Shown one piece after another: positions 50,201 through 62,200 of a DNA stretch of 64,000 nucleotides. The first letter of the stretch is position 1, and every line of letters begins with the position of its first letter. The stretch is from Phoronis australis (taxonomy: Eukaryota > Animalia > Phoronida). The translations under genes and the position numbers were made by a program. Location: positions 648,884 to 712,883 of the forward strand of contig NMRA01000163.1 of NCBI GenBank assembly GCA_002633005.1, given 5' to 3'. Under the pieces are notes generated by a model. The model was not told the DNA's origin and made no database searches. It worked only from the letters and a program-made list of their open reading frames with translations.

Positions 50201-53200
50201 TGTCAACATCACATAAATACACTTGCTAAATTTAGTAAAGATCCTGCGAACGGTTTGGGAGATACAGCCATGGGCGCAAAAAAACAAAACTGCCACTAGG
50301 AGGCGCCACAGTAGTCCAAATCGTCTGAAAATCATTGTCAGCTGTCTTCCTTATAGTAAGCACATACACGCCAATTTTCACAATCATCCTTTGAGCGGTT
50401 TGGTTGATAGAGGGGTGGACGCAAAAATACAGACTCGAAAACAGTAAAAATGGCCACTAGGTGGCGCAAACTACGTCGAATCCATCTGAAAACAGTAGGA
50501 TAGCGTCATCTCACTAATAGGTGCCTACATACCAAATTTCATGAAAATCCGTTCAATACTTTTGAAGATACAAAGGTAAGCGTAAAAAACTAAAATTGCC
50601 ACTAGGGGACACACCGGTAGTCGGATCCGTCCGAAAGTTCGCACATGCCGTCCCATTCATGAATGGAACATATGTGCCAAATTTCATGAACGTATGTCAA
50701 AGGGTTTTGGAGATAGAGCAGCGGACGCCGCCCAGACGGACGGACGGACAGAGATGATGGCATAATGCGTCCACATATAAATATGTGGGCGCATAAAAAC
50801 ATGTTTTAAAGCATGTGCAATAGAGTCATACCTCCAAGGCGCACTGGCCTAACAGAACATTTTGTCGAGAAGTGCGTTTATAGCACATTATGCGAAGGGT
50901 ATTGGATGCATCCAATTCAATCTCAAAGTCTTGGTTCCATTCCGCTGAAGTAGTGCCAGAGACAACAATGGTTTTGGCCTTCATGTAGAAATGGCCATAT
51001 GAGTCCACTTCAATACAGGTGAACAGGTCTGCAATAGATGGGATGAGCATGCACGTAAACACAGCTCCTAACTTATAGACATATGGCTCACGGGGCTACT
51101 AAACTCAGCTGCCTCACGAACTTATGCCCTGACTCACAAACATGACTTTCTGATTCTAAAACGCCACATGCTGCTGCATTTATCAGGCCCATGTAAAGTA
51201 GCAGTTGCATTGTTTCCAACTCTTGATAACTGTGCATGACATCACAAAGTAGAGACGGGAATGAATGGCATTTCTGACAAACCAAAATTATTTCCATTTG
51301 GTAAAGAATTAACTGCAGATTAAAATCTAGCATACTTTCTTTGGAGTAATTCTTTGTTAAGTCCATGGAGCAGTATATATGTCCATCAACTTGATTGTTT
51401 ATTTCTTAAATGATGAGACTGGCAATGTCATATGCACCAAAATATCACATTATATTTCCTCACAGCACCATGCGCATTACTGTGAGATCTTGCAAGTGTA
51501 CACAAGGTGGAACCTATGGAGTATCTTCAAGCTGCTGCCACAGTGTCCGTGAAAATTTCCGTTAATAAAGTAATCTATATCCACCCACCCCCACCCCCCC
51601 GGTGACCTAAGTGCCACCTCCCAATGGGACATAATTTATGATAATCTTGGGATTGTAAATCTCTTGGCTATGACTGTTAAGACAATCCTACAGTGACAGC
51701 CTTAAGTCTTTACGGGTATCATTGCCGAATGTGCCAATTTTTTCAAACAAAATTGCATAAAATGTCTTGTCTACGATTTCATCTTGATAAGACTGACATA
51801 AGTGCCTATTAATGGTTATTATAGGCTGCAACTCTCATAGGCAACACCATGATCATACTAAAGCAATTATTAACCTGCATTCTGTTCAAGAACCGAACTT
51901 TTGATTTAGACCATTTACTGTGCCTACAAAATTGGTCACAGTTTGTTCCTTACTTGGAAGAGAAGTGATTTCTGAGTTTACAAACTAAGAAAGGACAATT
52001 CATTTTTCATTGATAACACGCTCGACGCATGAAACAACATGCCATGACAAGCCAACTTGTAGAATTTAGTCTCAATCACTTACAAACACTCAGTTCATTC
52101 AAAGCCCTGAAATCACCTCAACAAAGGAACAATTTGAGATCAATTTCATGACAGTATGTGGTTCGAATCAAAAGTTGGTTCTCGCGATGGAAGGCAGGTC
52201 TACAGCTGTCACGTCGTCCATCCTGAATATCATAAAGATTGAGGCAATTACCACAAGCAGAGTCCAATCCTTCCAGCTTATGCACAGTGACATTCAAGAA
52301 ACCATTCATAGATTCCTTCTCCACAGCTGAAAGAAATAAGACTGTGTTCACTGCAATATCCTAAGACCAGAACATGACCGTGGAGCAGTTCAAAACTTAA
52401 GGTGGTTAAATTTAGAATACAACACATCCTAAAATGCTCACCATCAACAACGTTTAAGTACAGTACCCACATCAAGAAAACGCCAAAAATTAACAGTGAG
52501 AAAAAATCCATTTCCCAATGATGCCAGATTATTCCCGCTACTCGCACACAGTTACCATGGCAGGTCGTTCTGTTTGCATTCAGCCATCATAACAGGAAAT
52601 TCCAGTTCATTTTCAAATGCTTAATGCTTAAGTCTAAAGGTGACTATTGTAAAATCTCACCAATTTCGGACAAAAATAATTTTTATACCAAAATTGTCCT
52701 TTTCTCATTTTTAAGACCTCACCTTCTTGTGCAGGCAATTTAAAAAAAATTTAACATAGCACTAATTTGGTGGTATTTATTCTATATGATACAAATTAGA
52801 AAACAGTCAGATTTTATCTGTCAGCCATATTGTGTCCTAAATTGGTGAGATTTTCCCAATAGTTAAATCTGTAATGTAGACTCTGTCCTAATTGCACCTC
52901 TTTGAAAAAATATCTTTTCAACAAAAGGTTCTTCAACTAACAAGCTAGTTTTTTCAGTTTCATTGGAAAACTTCAACCCATGAAGCTGAAAGCTACAAAA
53001 AATAAATGCAGGTGGTGTGATACACCTTGTACCAGACATGCACAGGCCGCGCATGTGGGCCCATTGCAATGATCACCTGGAACCATTTTTAAGCTTTATT
53101 AAATAAATATATAGCTAAAACTGAGAGGAGGAGCTAGAAACCTGACTCAAGGGTTTAGCAGTGTGACCCAGTGGGACTCGAACCCACGACCTCAAGTAAA

Positions 53201-56200
53201 GAAAGTGGGCACACACTAAGCTACACTGCCTCCTCAAGATGAAGGCTAATCCTGGTGGGCACTGTTACCCCTAGTAGTTGCAGCACTGTTTTTTTTAGTA
53301 ATAGTCTGATAGTCCGATACAATGTCCCCGAATTTTGAAAACCAGTTTTCTCCAGTAAATCAAACTGGTTCTCAAAATGCAAGCATATTATATCAGACAC
53401 TTGCCCTTTCATTTAAAAAAATGAAATTTTTACTCGAGTACACATCAGCATCCATTGTTTTGTCACGAACTAATCAAGCTTGATTCACACGCTATTTTGA
53501 AAACTTGCTCTTTGGTCTTTGCTCAAGTATAGCATAGTCACCACTTCATATCAGGTACACGCAGTTAAATGCACGACATATTAACAAACTTAGCTAGCCT
53601 TATTTAATGAACCAAATATATTAGTTAAAAAATCTCTCAATTGATCTATCGCCAGGATTTTGAGTGACAGCTTAAGTGACGAATTAGAGCGCAGCATTCA
53701 TAACACATCTTCGTTTCCAAGCTGCCATTTTACCTAACGAACAGAACGTTACCGGGTAAAACTAATTGTTTCATTGTTTGTCGACATTTTGCAAAGGGGC
53801 GTAGCTTGCAATATGTCAATTACAACAAACACACTAGTGGCGTAATTTCTGAATAGAAAACTGATTCAGTCCTCAAATTCAAAAATTACCAAATAAGTCC
53901 CATAACTCGAGTTACCTACCTTGCCTCATGGCTGTCTCCTCTGCAGCACTGGAAGCTAGCTGCTGGCAATTATCCAGCATTCTCTGCACTTCCTGAGACG
54001 ACATGTTGAAACCGGGAAGCGCTAAAATGAAACCACACAAATTAAGGGCTCACAAAATGACAGGCCAGTGTCAAGTGTTTCTGGTAGGATTTCCTTTCAC
54101 AACCTTCATGTTACGAAACTGAACTAGAAAAAAAGGAAGAAATACTTCATAACGCTGCTCGTAGTATATTAATTATCATTTGAACTAATTGAGTTTCGGC
54201 AGTCTGCAAGCCTACGGTGCCTGAAACTTAAACATTGCAGATGCGTACAAAGGATAACTGAGTTTTCATGCTATATAGACACTACCACTAAAGGAGATCA
54301 TGTCAAACCCCACTGATCAGGGAAAACTGTGGGGTTTGGCCGATTGAACTAGACCGTATTTATCCACCTTGGCTGTGTCGCGCTCAGCTCACAATCAACG
54401 AGATCCCGACTAGCTGCTCTATTCATCAAGTCACGAGCGAGAATAATGGGCTTCACTCATGCGGACACGATCAGCTTATTACAATCTAGCCTAGATGACC
54501 GTACTTTTTACAGCGAGCGCTTTACATAGTTTTGAGTGGAATATTTGAAAAGAGGAGAGAAAAAAGATGTTGGTACAACTTTAAAATTTTTCAAATGGGT
54601 CCAGAATAAGAGATTTAGCAACACTCATGATTACTTTCATTCGGCGCACACAAATACAAAAATATAGAACCCAAGTTATTTAGATTTTGGAACACATGCA
54701 TTGCAATATTCAAAATACGTATTTCTTACAAGCTTTAAAACGACGTTGTTCAATTTCATTGTGCTCATTCATTGTCATCCGTCAAATCGGAAATTTCCGA
54801 GATGTGATCTGCGGCGTGCGCGTATGTATACAAAACACGTGATTGCTATGTTCCTGAAGTACGAACATTAAGAAACTTTAGCATGCCGTTATCATTGACA
54901 GGTACACGATAAAACGAATTTGGATTTTAACGACAGTTGATACGGCGAGCTGGCTGACCACAGCGTCAGTGTTTCCGTTAGACCCAGAAATTTCACACAG
55001 CCCAGGTAGTTCACCTCATCCCCTACATGTAGATCGAGCCTAGGACTATTAATGTTTTACTCCACGGTAGAATTAACGACCGCAGGCATGTGCACACATA
55101 ATCTGTGAGTTAACCGGCACTCACCTTGCAAGTTGCAGCCGTTTAAGTGAAAAACAATCTAATAGGCCTAAACGCCATTTTCTTGTATAATTCTCCGCCT
55201 TTTGTAACAAAAAAGTCTGTCGTCGATGACCTGCTCGCGCTCGCTCACTCACTTTCATGTGCAGACGAACTTCAACACAAACGTCACGTGACAACAACAT
55301 GTGTGTTCATCCAGAGATTTTTCTCATGTTGTGGGGTACGATGTAGTGCAGAGTTGGACTTAATCACAATTAATCTGGACTCCACATGAACTTTAAAAAT
55401 TGTACGATTTCAGGTAATTTGTTGAGTCGAAACTATATTTTTATTCAAGAATTCAAGTTTTCCTGTCGACGATCGCGACTCAGCGATGTATCAGTCAGCA
55501 AGTTTTCGTCCTGGGATATCAGCATAATTTTTTGAAAAATGATCATAATTTAACAACGGAGTTTGATAGCAATGCACCACAATTTTGTAGAAAGACTGTC
55601 ATAGGCTACAAATGCGTCACAGAGCATAAATTTGATGAATCCTATCTTCTGATTTTATCCATTTCGGAAACCGGGTTTCAACTGCCTTAGGCTACAATAG
55701 GCCTAAGTGTCCCCTCCCCATGAAATGAATTTTTCTAAGAGTTTGCAGTTTTCCACCAAGGCTAGGTGATGCTACATTATTCTTTGTTGCATTATTTAAC
55801 TGGTCTTGGCTAAATATCATTTTATGGCCTGGTCCTCCATTCAGCCAAAAGTAGTTCCACAGGTGGCTTATCAGCCAATTATTCACGCATGCCGACTCAC
55901 AATAGAAGCCTGATAAGAGTGAAGGTGGATAAATGCAGTGTTCCTACAGCTTCTTGTGGTAGTGGATGTGTTCACAACACCTTGAAATAAAAAATATTTT
56001 AGCCACAGTATGGCGTTTCTTGGCCTATAATCTATGACTGGAATAAGGCAACTATGAGCGAAGAAATTCCCATTAACTTAAAGTTTTTCAGCTGTAGTGG
56101 CGGAAAGCTTGGTGCCACACAATCAAGTCTAGCTCACCTCGTGACTTCATGGTGGCAAAAACATCCTTCCACTCATTCCTTTCATAGTCTGAGCACAGCA

Positions 56201-59200
56201 GGAATTTGTACAGTTTGTCACTTTGCTTCTGATTGGTCAAGGCAAACAACAAATTGGGCTCGTACAAGACTAGCGTAGTCTCCATGTCGGCTACTTTCTT
56301 CTTGAGTTTCTCAACATTTCTGCTTGACGACTTGCTACTCATACGCAGTCTAACAGAGCCCTGTTTCTTGATTCGTGATTCTTCCCGCCGCAACTCAGAC
56401 TTGCAGCCTTTCACCTTCTCACGCAGTGTCTCGATTTCTTGCCGATTTTTATCACGCCCTTTTCCTGAAACTGTAATTTTTATATATATAATTAGTGGAG
56501 AAATAAAAGTGCTGCACAACTATGATGACACTCTCTTCAATTCTGAGCAATACCGTTAGTTCAAAAAATTAGAGTGAGAACTTTTCTCAAAATTTTAATT
56601 TTAAGAATGACATTTTCACTCTGAAAAATGCATTTTCGTATTTTTAGAAATTCATTGCAAAAAATCTTATTTTTTGAAAACTACGGGAAAACTCCAACAT
56701 TTAGGAAATTAATTCTGCAATGTCCAAAATTAAGGAAGTTTCCCTGTAATAAAAGCAAACACAAAAAATAAACAAACTGAGAAATGAAACTCCATTACTT
56801 CATAATCCGATTTCACTAAATAAATACAAAGCTGTTGCCTGACTGTGTTTACTTGATTCAACGATTTACATGTTTTCACTACCTGTTTCACTACCATGTA
56901 AATATTAGTTTCAGGAAGTATTGTACAAAGTGTAACATGATCTAAATACACAAGTCATGCATCTTGAGATAGGGTAATGACATCAGCCATGCACATTAAC
57001 ATCATGGCATTCCAGGTTTGGATGGGTAAGTAGTCCCCACAGTGGCTCTGAGTTTTCCAGACTGGCCATAAATAATAGCTATCATTCCATAGGCGGATTT
57101 AGGGGGGAACCAGGGGCCCCCCCTTGCCTGTAGCAAAAAAATAAAACAGCAAGAGTGTAGGCAAATGTTGAGTTTATTAATTAACCCCAGTAATTAACAT
57201 TATATGGCTGAAACAAGATTTAAATGTGTGCAGTTTTAGTGTGTTTGGGGGGGCTCAGATCCAATTTCAAGTGTCAAATTCGGAACTATGGTTAAGTATA
57301 GGCTCTCCCGTGATATCTCAGACGACCGGCAGTGGCGCTGCACACTACGCCTCCATTTCTGTCGTCTGCTTCACTGTGCAATAAAGAAAATTACTTCATT
57401 TTTAAAGCAAATAGAATCCGAGTGACAATGAAAAGACAGAAGCTCTTGGTAAGATGTGAATTTTAATCGAAACCTTAGTGAATCACTCAGAAACTCATAA
57501 ATCTCTCTTTGTCAAACCTTAACTTAAGACGATTTCCAAGGCAATCACGTCATTAATGCCAACACAAAAAAAAACAGATTTGGTGTTTTGAGCAATTGAA
57601 GACTATTTTAAATACAAGTTTGTCACGAACTGATTGCACAAAATATAAAAAGTGTAATAAATATTACAAAAAGAAGTAGGTTTCGCACGCAAACCCCGTG
57701 TTCCATAAACAAGTAGGTCTCTTAGAATCAATGTGCGAGTGAAGTCGTGGTGGTGAAGGGGTAAAGCACGCGCGTTCTATCCGCCAGGTCGTGAGTTCGA
57801 GTCTGATATCTGCAATTTTTCAAGGTTGACACGATCTCTGTTTCTTTTTTCTTTTGCCTTTTTTTTCTTTGATAATACTTCAGGAATCAAGGAAAATGCT
57901 TGACTTTTAGAGAAAAAAAAAACAGAAATATTTTCCTGGCGGGAGGCGGGTTTGCAAACTCCCCTCCCGACCTCCCCCCATTCGGTGCTATGCGCATCTA
58001 CAATTATGGTGCTTTGTGCAAATGTTTACAGACAAAATGTTGCCCCTCCCCCTTGTGATATCCTAGATCCCCCACTGCATTCACACACAATAAGGTCTTT
58101 TGAATTTGACATGCAAGTTCAGTATAAGTAGTTCTTTGTGAACCCTGCTCTTAGTCATACAACTGTCCCAGTTGGACAGTGTAAGTAAACACAGCTTAAC
58201 AAAGGGTTTATTGTCCTGGCTGAGACAGGAATTATTTTATTACCCCCTGTGGATTTGTGGATAGCCAAGTGCAGAATGGGTTAAGACAAAAGTTAAAACC
58301 AATACCTTAACAACTAAGGGTGTACAGTTAACCACACAACAAATGAATGAAGCTGCAGTTAATACCACTGAACTCAGAAAGTGATCCAAATTAAACATTA
58401 GTATAGAAAAACTGACATATTAAGTCAGATCCAAGGAGAACAAGAGAATTTATCACTCAGAGAAAGACAAAGTCTGACTTGCATATCTGAAGGTCCAAGT
58501 GAACACTAAGTAAAAACAAAATACAGTAGTGCGGAACTTTGTATGGCAAAAATCCTACATAATAATGTACGTCCAACTTACAGGATTTTTGCTTTTAAGC
58601 CATTTATTTGCATTTACTGAATTTGCTGTATGTTAAACAACACACTATGAATTTCAAACAGCTCCACATAATCTTATTAGAGCAGATAATTGGCTACAGA
58701 AACAATGCCCAGATGTTCATCATTATACCACTTTGTTTTTCTGGAAAAACTGTGATTGTTATGCAGATCACAACATGAATTTTTTGCACAGACTTGCATT
58801 TCGGTTACTTAAGTCTATAACATACAAAAGCATTTCTGGGATTTTTTTTTAAAGCCTCACAGCCTGAAAGCTCGGCTGTCAAGAATCAAGACTTTCATTT
58901 TTTCAAGGAATGCTGATGTCTTCATTTTTGTCAGTGGAGTTCTTGGACCATTAAGAAAAGGAAAATCACAGACTCTTTTGTGGTGACAAATCTCCATGAA
59001 AAATTGTAATTTCTTAGAAAAAACACACAGATGCATGACTGACTACGAACATCTGGGCATTACGTTTGAGCACATATTAAGATTCTGAGATTATCTATTT
59101 TATTGCTCAACCATAAGTTGTTCATGAAATTTGACTTTTAACAAAGATAGCCAATTACCTTAACATTCATTACAAAATTTTGGCATGTCATAAAGCTGGA

Positions 59201-62200
59201 CACTCAAAACACACTGAAACTGAGAAATCCTGTCGTATGGAAAAGAAATACAGACTCGACTCGACATTTTCGACCACAGTACCGTTAGATCCAGAGCTTA
59301 CTCGTGAATTATTCAATTTAGCCTTCACGTGTCATCCAGCATGATTTCACCACTCGCTCTGTAGAACCACACCATTGCATACTGTGAGACTAACCTGCCT
59401 GTTCACTCTCATCAGTGTCAGGGATGCACAAATCAGTCAAGGGAATGTGCCACTTTACTTCAAAGCTTTGCTTATACCTGAAAAGCAAAAAACCGAGAAA
59501 TTAAAAAAGTAAAATTACTTCAGTAAAAGTATTGCATTGACAGTAGCCAGAGGACATAATTCTTCATTTATTTCGTACAAAAATAATATTATAATCGTAT
59601 TTTTTTCTATATTTTACGCTGCTGCAAATGATGGACACTTAACACAATGTTGTTTTATAACATCTTCACAATATAAACCAAGCTCATAATTAATCATTTT
59701 CTCAATTTTTCTTCATTGGGAAATTTGGCAAAATAAAATATCACTTTTGCACAACACTACGTATTAATAGGTGAAAATTTCACTTTACTGACTCACATCA
59801 TTGGCAAAGCCATCACCCACCAACTCTCAAATAAAATCATTATTAGAATACCACACGGAAATTTTCAACACTAACAGCACAGCAATTGAGGAAAATAGCA
59901 GTTCTTTGGTTTTGAAAACCGTTTTGGATACACATCATATAATTTGATTAACATCCAAGAAAATAAAAAGCGTGACTGCATTTCAGCTACCACAGTTGAC
60001 AATAACAATGCTTCAAACTGACAACAAACAACGCTTTGTCAAAAATGCTGCAAGTGTATCAAAAGGTCAATACTGTGCAGGAGAGTTGGCAAAAATGAAC
60101 AGTGACACCTTTTCAAGACTGACTTGTACGAATTAACTGAAGGTGATACCCTGCATCTGACTTGTGATTGAATGATTTCACACTTTGGCCACTAGAGCAC
60201 TAAAAGAGAAGCCAAACTCGCATAATATCCAATACATGCTGGCATCCAGAGACCCAAGACTCAGAGAACGTGTTGTGCACTGGTGTCAAGATCTTTGCCA
60301 CGACTCACAGTACATGTCGTCCAACTAATGCCAATTATTATGCAATACCTATTAGAACTCTTTGATGCGACTCCCAGTGTGTGGCGCACATCACAGCATA
60401 AACAACTGGCTATAAGTTCTGCTGGCTGTGTCACGTGAAATTTAGCCCAGCACATAGTCCATGTAACAATATGACAACTGAATGAACCAACTGCCAGTTC
60501 ATTCACTTGTTCCAGCATGGTGTCTGAATCTTTACCAAGACTCAATGTGAGGGTCATACAACACATTCTACGCACTGATCCTCAGATCCTTGATAAGACA
60601 CATCGTGGCATGCAACTAATATAATACATACTGGCGTCCAGATCTTTGCTTGGCACACACCAGCACATTGTTGAACAGAAGAAGACTGCGAAGTTTTCTC
60701 GAGTTACCGACCTGCTCCACGATCAACCTGTTCCTCACCAAATAACTCTCATCCTTCAATAATAAATGTGGTTATTCAGACTCATTGAATTCAAATAATT
60801 GGCCTTTAAAGTGAAATTCCAATTTACCTGCTCACTGCATGGCTAAAAATGCACAGTTCACATTTAATTAGGAGACAAAAGATGTACAATACAAATGTGC
60901 TCTAATATTGAAGTAGAATTTTCTGCCGAGAAAATTCATTAATAATCAAATAAATTCTATTAATCAAATGAATTTTCAGTTTTTCTCAATTGTTTTGTAA
61001 ACTGAGGACATTTTGCTGGTGTGTTGAAATTTGACGGGTTGGTTCATTACTAAAACAGCAAGCCTGAGTGATCTGGCCATAGTTTTCACCATTTTATAGG
61101 CTTAGTATCCATTTAAAGGTTTGAAAATGTCAGTTCCTAAACTCCCCACTGGAGGACGCCACTCACAATGAATTCAGTTCATGCCCTGAACAACACCAGC
61201 ATTCACTGTCATGTTGAGCATTTATTTCACCTCAACCAGATTTCCAAGATGGCTGCAATTACCTGCACTTTTCCCTGTGCTGAAATGATGTCAGCACCCA
61301 ACATCTCCAGAGAAAACTGAGTTAACTTCTGGGCCTTCAATAGCAAATTATGATCCTTATGGCAGGTCGGGGTCGACTTAAGAAGATCCTTCAAGAAAAT
61401 ACAATGCAAAATAATTAATGCCATCTATCAATCAACATCTGTATTAACTGTGTTTTATTTTTGAGAACTGCCCCATGTTGTAAAATGTGCAACGTGTAAT
61501 AGATAAATGACAGTTCGGTAATGCCTGACACCAGCCTCATTGACTTGAGTTGACAGACGTCCATTTTATGCGCCAAAAACAATTTGGGTTGACATATACT
61601 GGTTCCAAACCAAAACGCTGCATAAAGCCTATTTCCAGATGGCATCCCAAGTTTTTTTTTTGACAGCAAAAAGTTTTATTGTTATCGTAATGCAAATACA
61701 ATAAAGCCAAACAGTATAAACATTCCCGCGCACAGTCACGCTCACATTCATACACAGGGGGGCCATTGGTTGTATGCAGTATAAATTAAAATAAAGGTCC
61801 TAGAGGGGCCCATCTTTCCTCGAAGTCGAGATACCTGCAATGGTTATAGTACATAACCTTTTCTACTTTGTAGTAATCAAAAACAACATGTTTAAAAAGT
61901 GCAAAACATGGTTCTACATTCTGAAGTCTTTACTTGTGTATGTGGTAGTTGCCTAAACATAAAAGTAGATTTATGATTTTTGGTCCATTAAAGGAGCCAA
62001 AAATTACGTCAAAATGATCAAGTCTCATATCAATTCCACAGAGCTTTTTTATCCAGTTTTCAACAGTTTTGGACAAGTAAACAAGACCACTACAAATGAA
62101 AAAGGTCTTCAGAATGAGAATTACAAAAAGTACAACTATCTGAATTTCTAACACCAATCTTACTCAAAAACTTATTGGTTCCGAGTAGTCTGTGAGTTAA

